64,000 nt of DNA from Candidatus Moraniibacteriota bacterium (GTDB lineage Bacteria; Patescibacteriota; Minisyncoccia; Moranbacterales; GCA-2747515): assembly GCA_027031495.1 (NCBI GenBank), contig JALVQA010000014.1:849-64848 (forward strand), written 5' to 3'. Below are positions 29,673 through 40,253 of this stretch, piece after piece. The notes beneath the pieces are model-generated. The model was not told the origin of the DNA. It ran no database searches and saw nothing but the letters and a program-made list of their open reading frames with translations. The first letter of the stretch is position 1, and each line of letters begins with the position of its first letter. The position numbers and the translations under genes were made by a program.

Positions 29673-31100
29673 CTACCGCACTGTATCAACAAATAACACA
29701 TTTGTTGTGCCGCTCTTGCCAAAAGGAATACCAGCAGCAATAACAATACGATCACCTTTTTGCGCAACACCATTCTGTGCAACAATGCCTCGTGCCTTCC
29801 TGCCAGCCTCCACAAGACTCTTGAAGTCTTTCCTTATTTTGCGCGGATAACACCCAAATGACAAAACCGTTTCTCGACACACAGACTCGTGTGGTGAAAG
29901 AACAATAATTGGCTGTCGCGGACGATAACGTGAAACTTTCCGCGCTGTAAAACCAGAATTTGTGAGTGCAACAATAGCAGCAGCATCTATGTCGTCCGCC
30001 GTCTGAATAACACTCCGCGCAACAGCATTTACTGTACGTCGTGTGTGCTCCTCATCATCCTGCACCCGTTTATATGGCATATCGCGCTCTGTGCGACATG
30101 CAACAGATGCCATAACGGTAACGGCTTCATGCGGATATTTGCCAATTGCCGTTTCTGCACTCAACATTACGGCGTCCGTTCCATCCAAAATCGCATTTGT
30201 CACATCTGCCACTTCGGCGCGCGTCGGCACCGGCGCATTGATCATTGATTCCAGCATCTGTGTCGCTACAATCACCGGCTTACCAACGGTATTGCATTTT
30301 TTAATAATCATCTTTTGATAGTGCGGCACATTTTCCGCCGGCACTTCCACAGCCAAGTCACCACGTGCAACCATAACGCCATCTGCAACAGAAATAATTG
30401 CATCAATATCCTCAATCGCCTCTTGTGTTTCAATTTTTGCAATAATTTTTGCATGTGATTTTTTGCGCGTCAGGATTCTGCGCAATTGCACAACATCTTT
30501 TGCACCACGCACAAAAGATAGTGCAAAAAAATCGACGTCATTTTCAATACCAAAGAGAATATCTCTTTTATCCTTTGCCGTAAGACAACTAACACTCAAA
30601 TGTGCACCGGGCACATTCACGCCCCGTCGCGAGCGAATAAGACCGCCGACAATTACGCGTGTCATGACCTCCGTGTCTGTGGTACGCACAACCTCCAGAC
30701 GCTTTGTTCCATCATCAAGAAGAATTGCTTGACCTGCGTCAACTTCCTGAGGAAGACGTTTGTAATTAACATATACACGCTCAGGTGTGCCAACGCATTT
30801 CTTCGTGGAAAGCGTAAACAATGCACCTTCCTTAAGAACAATCTTTCCCCCTTCAAAGTCACCGATGCGTATTTTTGGTCCACCAAGGTCTTGCAGGAGC
30901 GCTATATGCCGGCGAGCCCGACGTGCACTGCGACGTACAGCGTCAATGCGTTTTTTGTGTTCAGCGTGATCACCATGCGAAAAATTAAAGCGCACAACAT
31001 CCACACCGGCATCAAGCAACGTATCCAATACGTCACTTTTTTCTGATGCCGGACCAATCGTCATAACGATCTTTGTCTTTTTTCTACACACTCTCTGCAT
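29673..31100 (-). CDS. pyk: Pyruvate kinase
   Basis: TKIVMTIGPAS, RFNFSHG, MVARGDL, ATQMLESM, PTRAEVADV. Confidence 0.99.
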   Translation of the reverse strand: MQRVCRKKTKIVMTIGPASEKSDVLDTLLDAGVDVVRFNFSHGDHAEHKKRIDAVRRSARRARRHIALLQDLGGPKIRIGDFEGGKIVLKEGALFTLSTKKCVGTPERVYVNYKRLPQEVDAGQAILLDDGTKRLEVVRTTDTEVMTRVIVGGLIRSRRGVNVPGAHLSVSCLTAKDKRDILFGIENDVDFFALSFVRGAKDVVQLRRILTRKKSHAKIIAKIETQEAIEDIDAIISVADGVMVARGDLAVEVPAENVPHYQKMIIKKCNTVGKPVIVATQMLESMINAPVPTRAEVADVTNAILDGTDAVMLSAETAIGKYPHEAVTVMASVACRTERDMPYKRVQDDEEHTRRTVNAVARSVIQTADDIDAAAIVALTNSGFTARKVSRYRPRQPIIVLSPHESVCRETVLSFGCYPRKIRKDFKSLVEAGRKARGIVAQNGVAQKGDRIVIAAGIPFGKSGTTNVLFVDTVR

Positions 31101-31183
31101 ATTTTTGCCACTAAATTTCTCAGTTTATAACACGGTCTATAATACAATAAATATATGTCGGTGTCAATATATTTACGCACTTA

Positions 31184-31220
31184 ACACACAACAACGTGCT
31201 CACTGCACGTTGTTGTGTTT
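31184..31220. terminator. Long hairpin between excalibur gene and pyk
   Basis: ACACAACAACGTGC-TCACT-GCACGTTGTTGTGT perfect stem. Confidence 0.7.
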
Positions 31221-31251
31221 ACTAATCTCTCTGTAATACGCCTGAAACTTA

Positions 31252-31629
31252 TTATTTGCTCTTTGGCAATGATTCGCATGCAACACCATCGCCATCACCG
31301 TCAAGACGATTCACGTCTTTGCCTGCGCCACCGCAGCGCTCCATAACATCTTGTGCCTGCTCCTGATACGTAAAATCCGAACAGTTATACTCATCTGCTT
31401 CACAATTAACAACCAGTGGTGATACGCCATCAAAATTGATGTTACCGTCACTGTCTCTGAGCACTTTTGAGCCAGAAAGACCTTTGCCGGATAGGAGGGC
31501 GCCAAGATCAAAATCATTCTCCGTAAACTCAAGACCAAAGGCGGCTACGAGAAGTGCAATAATTACACCAAGACCACCCTTAACAAATTTGTAGTATTTC
31601 TTTGGTACTTTGACTTTTGGTACTGCCAT
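31252..31629 (-). CDS. Membrane-anchored excalibur calcium-binding domain protein
   Basis: N-terminal TM; [23 protein letters not shown]. Confidence 0.85.
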   Translation of the reverse strand: MAVPKVKVPKKYYKFVKGGLGVIIALLVAAFGLEFTENDFDLGALLSGKGLSGSKVLRDSDGNINFDGVSPLVVNCEADEYNCSDFTYQEQAQDVMERCGGAGKDVNRLDGDGDGVACESLPKSK

Positions 31630-31673
31630 ATAACTTTATCTAAAAACTTATTTATAATTCTTTTTTAAGAATG

Positions 31674-31769
31674 TTATGCGGGTTCAATCATAATAAAGAG
31701 CGCAACAGCAACAATAATAAGAAACGCGATAAGAGCAAGACGTATTTTCTTATTGCCACGAATATTCAT
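31674..31769 (-). CDS. 31-aa single-TM small protein MNIRGNKKIRLALIAFLIIVAVALFIMIEPA
   Basis: ATG to TAA fills the trmB-excalibur gap; basic N-terminus then hydrophobic helix; below the ORF-track cutoff. Confidence 0.55.
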   Translation of the reverse strand: MNIRGNKKIRLALIAFLIIVAVALFIMIEPA

Positions 31770-31820
31770 AATATTTTTTTACTACAAACTTATAATACTT
31801 CTTACAGTATATCATAAACA

Positions 31821-32546
31821 TCAATGACCATCATCTGTTCCACACCAGTACAAAACCGTCAATATCACAAATGCAACAGCACCGGCAAGACGTTCTGCCA
31901 CCGCATTCTCATATGCAGATTTTTTATCTTCTGCTACATTCCTCTCTGGAGCAGCTACCCAAAATCGCATGCGATAAATCTTTTGCCCTGCTGTAACTTT
32001 TGCGTTCTCCCAATCTGTTGTCACGCCGTATGGTGGTGCGTCAAAAAATTCATATGCATAGTTGCACTCATCTAAAATGGCAACTGTATCATCAAAGAGA
32101 TCTTTGCGATCTGTCTGAAATATCCATGTCGTACGCGGATCGAGCCACTCTTCAGTTGATTTGAGGAATTTTTTTGTAATAATGCGACGCTTGTTATGTC
32201 GCTTTTTTGGCCATGGATCGGGAAAATTAACATAAATTTCCCGTATGAAAGCCCCCGCTTTTTGCGATGGCAAGAGAATATTCTTTAAGTTACGCGTTGC
32301 ATCACCATCAAAAACAACAACATTGTCATATTCTTTGAAACGCTTACGCAGATATTGCGCCATACGCGCGCGCACCTCAAGTGCGATGTAGTTATGTTCC
32401 GGAAACTGCTCAAGGAGTCCGGCGATAAATTCGCCTTTGAACGCACCAATGTCAACAACAATATCGTACAGGTTATCAAAACCATCAAAGTGATGTTCTT
32501 TGAGAATACTTAGCGGATTAACATGGTGACGAATGCGGTTTTTCAT
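31821..32546 (-). CDS. trmB: tRNA (guanine-N7)-methyltransferase
   Basis: RIRHHVNP, VDIGAFKG, NFPDPWPKKRHNKRR, TD. Confidence 0.93.
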   Translation of the reverse strand: MKNRIRHHVNPLSILKEHHFDGFDNLYDIVVDIGAFKGEFIAGLLEQFPEHNYIALEVRARMAQYLRKRFKEYDNVVVFDGDATRNLKNILLPSQKAGAFIREIYVNFPDPWPKKRHNKRRIITKKFLKSTEEWLDPRTTWIFQTDRKDLFDDTVAILDECNYAYEFFDAPPYGVTTDWENAKVTAGQKIYRMRFWVAAPERNVAEDKKSAYENAVAERLAGAVAFVILTVLYWCGTDDGH

Positions 32547-32629
32547 GTATTTACGTATCAAACAAAGTTATGCTACTATATGTGGTAATATCGGTGTATC
32601 ATCATCACCACAATAATATCACAAATACT

Positions 32630-32827
32630 ATGTTTGATGAAAGTAAATTAAACCCCGAAGCACGTGCACTCATTGAAAATTCACGGAGGCGTTGTGAGCA
32701 ACCTGATGATTATGATAGACCAAAAACTGTAGATGATATCATCAAGAAGGATGGAGAAACTCAGATATCCGATCGTGAAGAAGAAGCTGATAACGCGAGA
32801 GCGAACAACGAAGAATCGTCGCAATAA
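32630..32827 (+). CDS. Small acidic hypothetical protein
   Basis: ATG MFDESKLNPE after an AT-rich leader; upstream of the SET gene. Confidence 0.55.
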   Translation: MFDESKLNPEARALIENSRRRCEQPDDYDRPKTVDDIIKKDGETQISDREEEADNARANNEESSQ

Positions 32828-32857
32828 ACTTGTAGAGAGAATTTTGCAAAGATTACT

Positions 32858-33286
32858 ATGGCACGCAACATTACAACTGACAATTGCATCGTAAAGCGTG
32901 CACGAACGGGTCTCGGACTCTTTGCGCGCAAAAACCTCCGCAAAGGTGATTTTGTTATTGAGTATACCGGTAAGCGCCTTACGCCGGAAGAAGCTGACAA
33001 AAAAGGTGGGCGCTATCTTTTTGCTGTCGACGATGAAATAACGCTTGACGCTTCAGCGCGACACCACATTGCGCGCTATATGAATCACTCTTGCAATCCA
33101 AACTGTGAGGCAATCATTGAAGAATATGACGACGGTGATAAGCGCATCATGATTTATGCACTGCGCGATATTGGTGCCGGCGAAGAATTGACGTTTGACT
33201 ATGGTGAAGAGTACTTTAATGACTTTATCGAACCCAACGGATGCAAGTGTGATGCATGCACTACCATCAAACACCGTAGAGCATAA
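32858..33286 (+). CDS. SET-domain methyltransferase
   Basis: GLGLFA, IEYTG, ARYMNHSCNPN, GEELTFDYG, post-SET CKCDAC. Confidence 0.95.
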   Translation: MARNITTDNCIVKRARTGLGLFARKNLRKGDFVIEYTGKRLTPEEADKKGGRYLFAVDDEITLDASARHHIARYMNHSCNPNCEAIIEEYDDGDKRIMIYALRDIGAGEELTFDYGEEYFNDFIEPNGCKCDACTTIKHRRA

Positions 33287-33456
33287 TCGCATTTTCCCAG
33301 TGAAAATTATTTGCGTAAAAACACCGCTTCATAGGTGTTTTTATATTATGTACTCTCTAAATGCAACGTATAGAAAATGATTTTATGGAAAAATGAATCT
33401 TCTGAAGCCTTGTCGCTTATCAGCATTGTATTAACACACGTTTCAACGTCGTCTCG

Positions 33457-34506
33457 TTACGCACCATGTTTAAATTCCATCACGTCACCGTCGCACACGA
33501 CGTAGTCCTTGCCGACTGTGTGCACTTTACCCTCTTCTCGCGCCGCAGAACGTGACCCGCACGCAACCAAATCCTCCCAAAAGACCACGTCCGCGCAGAT
33601 AAACTTCTTCTCAAAATCCGTGTGAATTACACCGGCGGCCTGTGGTGCTGTCGCACCTTTTTTGATCGTCCACGCACGCGTCTCCATCTCACCCGTCGTA
33701 AAGTAAGTGTGCAAACCGAGCAGATCGTATGCCGCCGTAATGAGTGTCTCAAGGTGCGAGGCTATGCCAAGTTCCGCCGCCTCTTCCGGCGTCATCGCGA
33801 TGAGCTCTTCTTCAATCTTTATATCAAGTTGCACGTGTGGCGCAGCGGCAAGTTCGTCTGGAAGTGTATCCCCTTCCATCATGTTGTACACATACAGAAG
33901 CGGCTTCATCGTCAAAAGCGCCATTTCACGCACAATCGTTTGCGTGTTCGTGTCTGTCATGTCCAAGTCCACGCTTCGTGCGCGCTTTCCCGCGTCCAGT
34001 GCCGCACGGATACGCTCTACCACCGCCAACTGCGCTTGCGCATCTTTGTCATTGCCACGCGCACGCTTGGTTAAGCGCTCAATCGTTTTGTCAACCGTTG
34101 CCATATCCGCAAGAATCAGTTCCGTTTCAATAATAGCGATGTCACGCGCCGGATCCACACTGTCGTGCACATGTGTAATCGTATCATTGGCAAAGACGCG
34201 CACAACGTGCACGATGGCATCTACCTCACGAATATTATGCAAAAACTTGTTGCCCAGCCCCTCGCCCTCGCTTGCGCCTTTCACAAGTCCGGCAATGTCC
34301 ACAAATTCCACAATTGCGGGAATTGTCTTTTTGCTCCGGGAAACACGTGCAAGCGCTGCAAGACGCTTATCCGGCACCTCAACGACGCCAACATTTGGCT
34401 CAATCGTACAGAACGGGTAGTTGTTGATGTCTACATCATTGCGTGTCAGCGCCTTAAAAAGCGTTGATTTGCCGACATTCGGCAGTCCGACAATACCGAT
34501 TTTCAT
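33457..34506 (-). CDS. ychF: Redox-regulated ATPase YchF
   Basis: GIVGLPNVGKST, YPFCTIEPN, DIAGLV, TGS domain. Confidence 0.98.
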   Translation of the reverse strand: MKIGIVGLPNVGKSTLFKALTRNDVDINNYPFCTIEPNVGVVEVPDKRLAALARVSRSKKTIPAIVEFVDIAGLVKGASEGEGLGNKFLHNIREVDAIVHVVRVFANDTITHVHDSVDPARDIAIIETELILADMATVDKTIERLTKRARGNDKDAQAQLAVVERIRAALDAGKRARSVDLDMTDTNTQTIVREMALLTMKPLLYVYNMMEGDTLPDELAAAPHVQLDIKIEEELIAMTPEEAAELGIASHLETLITAAYDLLGLHTYFTTGEMETRAWTIKKGATAPQAAGVIHTDFEKKFICADVVFWEDLVACGSRSAAREEGKVHTVGKDYVVCDGDVMEFKHGA

Positions 34507-34583
34507 AGTGTATATAATTATTCTTTTACGTATAAAAATGCTATACTAGCACTGTACGCGAAACTAACTAAACTGTAAATATT

Positions 34584-35948
34584 ATGAACGCCGATATTTT
34601 TAAAGCTTATGATATTCGCGGTATTTATCCGACGGAGATTAACGAGGATGTCACTTATGCAATTGGGCGCGCTATTGTGAAGGAACTTGATGCGCATACA
34701 CTCGCTGTCGGTCGCGATGCGCGCGATAGTGGGCCAGCATTACATGCGGCACTTATCCGCGGCATCACCGACGCGGGCTGTCATGTTGTAGATCTTGGTA
34801 TGGTTACAACACCGATGCTCTACTTCGCCTCATGGCACCTGAAAGATGTGGACGGCGCTGTTGCTGTGACTGCCAGTCATAATCCACCAGAGTACAACGG
34901 CATTAAAATTTGTCGTAAAAATGTCGTACAAGTTGGCGGTGACAGTGGTCTTGCTGCCATTCGCGATACGGCACGTCACATCCTCACAGAAAAGACACTA
35001 CAGCATAGTGATAACGGCCGCGTTTCAACGCGCGACATCCGCGCACCATACGCTGATTACATTGCACAATTCGCCGCTTTCGGTGATAAAAAATTTCACA
35101 TTGTTGTAGACTGCGCCAATACAATGGGTGTCCTCGAATTACCGCTTTATGAGCGTTTCCCACAAAATATACGCCTTACAAAATTGTACTGTGATCTTGA
35201 TCACGCATATGAAGCGCACGAGGCCAATCCACTCAAAGCAGAAACACTGGATGAATTGCGCGAAAGGGTTATGGAAACCGGGGCATCACTTGGTGTGGCA
35301 TATGACGGTGATGCTGACCGCGTAGGCTTTGTGGATGAGCGCGGTGACATTGTTCCGATGGATCTCATTACCGGCCTTTTAGCGCGCATTATTCTCGCAG
35401 GCCATCCCGGCGCAACCATCCTTTATGATTTACGCTCATCACAAGCAGTCAGAGAAGTTATTGAAGAGGCGGGCGGCATTGCCAAGGAGTGTCGTGTTGG
35501 CGGACCATTTATTCGTGACCACATGCGACGCACTGGTGCACTTCTTGCTGGTGAGATCAGTGGTCACTACTACTTTGACACAAACCACACTGGCGAGCTC
35601 CCGACATACGCAACATTTCTTCTTCTCAATCTCATGGCGCAAACAAATAAAAATCTCTCCACGCTCGTCGCAGACCTTAAGCGCTACTACAAAATTCCCG
35701 AAACAAATGTTACCGTAGATAATCCAATGGCGGTAATGATGCGTCTTAAAGAGCGCTACAATGATGGTGTATTAAATGAAAGTGATGGCATTAAAATCAG
35801 CTATTGGAATGTGCCGCATGGGCAGCGCTGGTGGTTCAGTGTTCGCGTCTCAAACACTGAACCAGTTATGCGCCTCAATCTTGAGGCCGACACGGAAGAA
35901 CTCATGAATACAAAGCGCGACGAAATATTACGTATTATGCGCGCCTAG
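34584..35948 (+). CDS. Phosphomannomutase/phosphoglucomutase
   Basis: FKAYDIRG, TASHNP, DGDADR, GEISGH, SNTEP. Confidence 0.95.
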   Translation: MNADIFKAYDIRGIYPTEINEDVTYAIGRAIVKELDAHTLAVGRDARDSGPALHAALIRGITDAGCHVVDLGMVTTPMLYFASWHLKDVDGAVAVTASHNPPEYNGIKICRKNVVQVGGDSGLAAIRDTARHILTEKTLQHSDNGRVSTRDIRAPYADYIAQFAAFGDKKFHIVVDCANTMGVLELPLYERFPQNIRLTKLYCDLDHAYEAHEANPLKAETLDELRERVMETGASLGVAYDGDADRVGFVDERGDIVPMDLITGLLARIILAGHPGATILYDLRSSQAVREVIEEAGGIAKECRVGGPFIRDHMRRTGALLAGEISGHYYFDTNHTGELPTYATFLLLNLMAQTNKNLSTLVADLKRYYKIPETNVTVDNPMAVMMRLKERYNDGVLNESDGIKISYWNVPHGQRWWFSVRVSNTEPVMRLNLEADTEELMNTKRDEILRIMRA

Positions 35949-35969
35949 GAATACACGACAATGGACAGT

Positions 35970-35999
35970 AAAAACGCGCCTGTCAGTGGCGCGTTTTTT
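35970..35999. terminator. Bidirectional terminator between convergent genes
   Basis: AAAAACGCGCC..GGCGCGTTTTTT. Confidence 0.85.
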
Positions 36000-36023
36000 A
36001 CGTGTAGTATATAAAGCTTTTTT

Positions 36024-37361
36024 CTAATCACTGTCGGGAATGAGGCGTATGAGAGTGTCATGTGTTTCGAGCGCACGCAATGCAATGTCAACAATTTTCT
36101 TAGAAACGTTTTCCCCATAGAGGTGAGGGAAAGAAAAAAGATCAAGATGTTTCATTGCGCCAAGACAAATATTTGCCGCAATACGCCCACTAATCGGCGG
36201 ACACACAACATTTGATCGCGCAAAGAACGTCTCCGGTCGATCAGAGCCGTAACGCAGGGTAGCTGTTGGGATCTTGAGCAGATTCATTTCTTCCTGCATT
36301 GAACCAGAATCCGTCGCACACAACGTACAGCGTTTCATAGCAGCAATAACATCTGAATATTTTGGCCACACATCAGAAATGATAACATTTTTGTGCGCCT
36401 TAAGTGCACTGAGGCGCCCTGTGAACCCATGACGCTCGATCGCAGCCTTTGTTCCCGGTAGCAAAATCCACAGCACCGGCTTCGGTGACTCTTCTGCAAG
36501 AATTTCTACCAGCTCAAAAAGTGCACTAAAGCGTTCTTGTGATTCTGTATTTTCGCGACGATGCACACATACACGCACAAATCCATCAGCGAGTTGCGGA
36601 AAGCGCTCAAAAATGTGTGACTCAATTTCTTCAGCAAAATCGGCTGCATCCACAACAGAGTTACCAACAACATGAATGCGACTCTGCGGATACCCTTCTC
36701 GTGCCAATGATGCACCAACACGCTCAACGGGCGCAAAAAAGAGACCTGTCCCCGCGTCAGTAGCACGCGTATTCCACTGCTCTGGGTAGGGCTCATGTGA
36801 GCCATACGTGTAGCTTTCTGCATCCGAAGATAGCGCAAACCATGCCGGGAAATCACGTGAAATATCAGTTGTCGTTAGTTTGTCCGCGAGAGATTTTGTA
36901 AGCATCATTGTGCGAATACCCGCCTCCACGTGCGCAACGGCAATGCCATGGGCAAACGCTGCTGTCGTTACAGCAAAACATGTTGTGGTGTCACCGTGTG
37001 TATAGGGCAAAATTTTAAGTGTTGGCGCCGCCGCGCGCAACGCAGCAAAAATGTCACCGGCACGCGCGATAATACTGGCAATATTATCACTTAGCGTACC
37101 GCCAGAGACACCAAGATTAACATCTATATGAAGACCAAACTCTTTTTCAATACCGCCAGAAAGATTCTCATCATAGTGCTGTCCCGTGTGGATGAGAAAT
37201 GCCTTCTCACCGCGTGCAAGGAGTTCACGCAAAATTGGTGCCTGCTTGATAAGATCCGGCTTTGTGCCGACAACAACAAAGTGTGCTGGGCGCATGTCTG
37301 CCGTTACACGCGCAACAAACACATCCAACGATCCATCCCTGTAAAAAATATCTTGTTTCAT
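36024..37361 (-). CDS. UDP-N-acetylglucosamine 2-epimerase family protein
   Basis: GTKPDLIK, HTGQHYD, HGDTTT, HVEAGIR, HRREN, TDSGSMQEE, RPET. Confidence 0.9.
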   Translation of the reverse strand: MKQDIFYRDGSLDVFVARVTADMRPAHFVVVGTKPDLIKQAPILRELLARGEKAFLIHTGQHYDENLSGGIEKEFGLHIDVNLGVSGGTLSDNIASIIARAGDIFAALRAAAPTLKILPYTHGDTTTCFAVTTAAFAHGIAVAHVEAGIRTMMLTKSLADKLTTTDISRDFPAWFALSSDAESYTYGSHEPYPEQWNTRATDAGTGLFFAPVERVGASLAREGYPQSRIHVVGNSVVDAADFAEEIESHIFERFPQLADGFVRVCVHRRENTESQERFSALFELVEILAEESPKPVLWILLPGTKAAIERHGFTGRLSALKAHKNVIISDVWPKYSDVIAAMKRCTLCATDSGSMQEEMNLLKIPTATLRYGSDRPETFFARSNVVCPPISGRIAANICLGAMKHLDLFSFPHLYGENVSKKIVDIALRALETHDTLIRLIPDSD

Positions 37362-37369
37362 AGAAAAAT

Positions 37370-38443
37370 TTACAACTGCTTTATATTTTTAGATTTTTCC
37401 AATTGTTTTACTACATCAGAAATCATTTGTGATTTACTACGATCACAGATGAGGATGGCATCCTCCGTATCCACAATAATCAGATCTTTAACACCAACTG
37501 TTGCAATAAGTTTGTCAGACCCATAAACCAGGAGATTCTCACTGCCAAAGTCAACATGTTCGCCGCGCACAAAGTGATCCTTAGCATTGCTCGTCAACGC
37601 GTCCTTAAGTGACGCCCATGAACCAACATCGCTCCACCCAATTGAAAGCGGCATAACGACAACATGCGTATCATTCTCCACAATCGCATACTCAAAATTA
37701 ATTTTGTCCATAAGCGGATATTCCTCTTTAAGAACGGCATCATATGTGTCTGTTTCGATAGCATCGCGAATGCGTTGCATGCGCTTGTGCGTATCGGGCA
37801 AGAAGCGATTAAATTTTTCCGCCATTGTATCAGCGCGAAACATGTACATGCCGGTATTCCAGTAGTAATTACCATCCTCCATATAACGACGTGCTGTCTC
37901 AACATCTGGCTTCTCCACAAAACGCTCTACTGTGTAGATTGTATCTTCACCGATATGATTATGTTGTGTGGAGCGACGAATATAGCCGTACCCAGTTTCC
38001 GGATAGTCCGGCACAATGCCAAATGTCACGATTGCATCCGGGTGTTTCTCAATGTAGCGCTTGGCATGCACTAATCCTTCCATGAGTGGCGCCGGTTGCT
38101 TTACAAGATGATCAGCCGGGAAGAAGGCAACAATCTCTTTTGGATTATCTGCCGCAATATGCGCAATGCTCAGCGCAAAACTGCTTGCTGTACCACGCGC
38201 TTCCGGCTCAGAGATAATATTTTTCTTTGGTATCTCCGGTAATTCACGTGCTACCTCCTCTGTGTACTCCATATTAGTGGAGACATAGATATCTTTCGGT
38301 GCGTATTTCATGCGTAATCGCGCGAAGGTTTCTTGTAACATTGTTTTATCGGACGTAAGGCACTGAAATTGTTTTGGCTTACTTTGTCGACTGATAGGCC
38401 ATAGTCGCGTACCGCGCCCACCCGCCATAATAACTGCTTTCAT
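37370..38443 (-). CDS. manC: Mannose-1-phosphate guanylyltransferase
   Basis: IMAGGRGTRLWPISR..PKQF, ETGYGYI, FVEKP, WSDVGSW. Confidence 0.93.
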   Translation of the reverse strand: MKAVIMAGGRGTRLWPISRQSKPKQFQCLTSDKTMLQETFARLRMKYAPKDIYVSTNMEYTEEVARELPEIPKKNIISEPEARGTASSFALSIAHIAADNPKEIVAFFPADHLVKQPAPLMEGLVHAKRYIEKHPDAIVTFGIVPDYPETGYGYIRRSTQHNHIGEDTIYTVERFVEKPDVETARRYMEDGNYYWNTGMYMFRADTMAEKFNRFLPDTHKRMQRIRDAIETDTYDAVLKEEYPLMDKINFEYAIVENDTHVVVMPLSIGWSDVGSWASLKDALTSNAKDHFVRGEHVDFGSENLLVYGSDKLIATVGVKDLIIVDTEDAILICDRSKSQMISDVVKQLEKSKNIKQL

Positions 38444-38467
38444 AAACACTGTGTCTTTATTTTTTTA

Positions 38468-39247
38468 TTATGAAACACGTTGCCACGGAACATCCAGCAT
38501 GTACCCATACATACCGCCTTGCTGAATAATGTGTGGAAAGATATTGTGCTCTAGAGATTCTTCATCGGGACGTACTAATGCGCACACGGACGGATCGATA
38601 ATGTACATGCCAGCATTAATAAGATGCGCCGTATTAGCACTTTGTTTTTCTACAAACGAAACAACTTTGTTACCGCGCATACGAAGAGAACCATAATTGT
38701 CCGGATCAGGCACTGTTGTCACAGCGATTGTAATGCGCGCTTTTGCATTCTTATGAAATACGAACATATCCGTCAAATCAACGTGATCGACAATAATATG
38801 ACCATTAAACATGACAAATGGCTCAGTCAGTATACTGCGCGCTTGACGTAGTACGCTTGCCGTACCGTGATCATTTTCTATGTACACGACTTTTATGTCG
38901 TAGCGCGATCCATCACCCACAATCGCACGTACGGCGTCACCGAAAGCGCCGACCGCCAAAATCACCTCCGTAACACCAGCATCTTTGAGAAGTGCAATAT
39001 GACGTTCTACCAAAGGCACGCCATCAACTATTGCCACTAATGGTGACGTTTTTACACCATCTATTGTTATGCCGGCACCACCACCAAGAATAACGGCTGT
39101 ACGCAAAAACGTGTCACCAAACTTTTCTATAAGAATTTTTTCAATGGCATGCGAGCGATTGCGCACATTTTTGCCATCAATTATCTCATCAATCTGTCGC
39201 AGCAAATCACGTCGCAGCGTAATCGTTAATCGTTCTCGTTTTATCAT
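38468..39247 (-). CDS. Ribbon-helix-helix domain fused to sugar-phosphate nucleotidyltransferase domain
   Basis: RERLTITL..LLRQID..NRSHAIEKIL (CopG/NikR-like) followed by AVILGGG, GDGSRY, FVEK, INAGMY. Confidence 0.85.
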   Translation of the reverse strand: MIKRERLTITLRRDLLRQIDEIIDGKNVRNRSHAIEKILIEKFGDTFLRTAVILGGGAGITIDGVKTSPLVAIVDGVPLVERHIALLKDAGVTEVILAVGAFGDAVRAIVGDGSRYDIKVVYIENDHGTASVLRQARSILTEPFVMFNGHIIVDHVDLTDMFVFHKNAKARITIAVTTVPDPDNYGSLRMRGNKVVSFVEKQSANTAHLINAGMYIIDPSVCALVRPDEESLEHNIFPHIIQQGGMYGYMLDVPWQRVS

Positions 39248-39261
39248 GTTTTTGTGTATTA

Positions 39262-40059
39262 TCAATTTTTAAAATTGCCGTCTTTTTGCGCACAACAATT
39301 TTCATGCGCACCATCCGTGTAGTGATGTAAAATCTCCACAACACCACATACATCTCTTTGTCGCGCCACATAACCACCACGCTCTTTAACATATGCCTGG
39401 ATATCCTCTGTCGCATTTGCGGGACACGCCACATGCCCTACTTCCTTTAGCATTGGCAGATCACCCACCGTATCACCAATACCTACCATTGCCGTCGGCG
39501 CAATGCCGACTTTCTCGGCAAGAAAGTGTAGCGCACTTCCCTTATTTACACCTTTAGGCATAATATCAACTGCTGCTGCCGAATGTGTAATTTCAAGAGC
39601 ATCACCATATGGCGCAGCGATTTTTTGCACATGTTCGTAAAGCTCCTTCACTGTCATATCGCCTTTGGGATCGAGGGATAGACACACTTCTTTGCCAGGT
39701 TCGTGTTTTGCACTATCGCTAATTGCTCTTAGAATTTCTGTTTTTATTGACATAAAGCGCTCCAACGCACCTTGCAGCAGAGGATGTGGCACTAAAAAGT
39801 CCTCATCAATGTGAGAGTAATATAGAAAACATCCATTCTCAACAATGCTTGGCACACCACGATAGTACGATCCTGTAAGCTGTAGTAACGCCTCCGCATA
39901 TGGCTGTGAGCGACCTGTGCACAGAGCTATAGGAATGTCAGGATGCGCATCTACCCATGCACGCACGCGCGTAAATTCCTCAATATCCAACCGGTGCCCC
40001 TTGCCGACCGTGAGACATCCATCAATATCAAGAACGATGAGTTGTATGTTGTGAGTCAT
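39262..40059 (-). CDS. HAD-superfamily phosphatase (Cof/IIB type)
   Basis: DIDGCL, CTGR, NKG, GDTVGDLPML. Confidence 0.92.
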   Translation of the reverse strand: MTHNIQLIVLDIDGCLTVGKGHRLDIEEFTRVRAWVDAHPDIPIALCTGRSQPYAEALLQLTGSYYRGVPSIVENGCFLYYSHIDEDFLVPHPLLQGALERFMSIKTEILRAISDSAKHEPGKEVCLSLDPKGDMTVKELYEHVQKIAAPYGDALEITHSAAAVDIMPKGVNKGSALHFLAEKVGIAPTAMVGIGDTVGDLPMLKEVGHVACPANATEDIQAYVKERGGYVARQRDVCGVVEILHHYTDGAHENCCAQKDGNFKN

Positions 40060-40253
40060 ATGAGACGCTGTTTATGTATGCAAATGATATTCACACAATG
40101 TGTGATATACATCCATCATATCACCACCACGCCCACCGTCAACTAAATGTATGATGAAGTATGAATACCATTTATCATTATTTCTGTAATTCTCACGGCA
40201 TATATAAAAGCGGCAAAATCGCCGCTTATATATTCAGGTTCTGCTGACAACTG

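Noticed and set aside
31821-31930. Hydrophobic C-terminal tail on TrmB as a membrane anchor
   Set aside because: Could be simple stop-codon loss; no support without orthologs.
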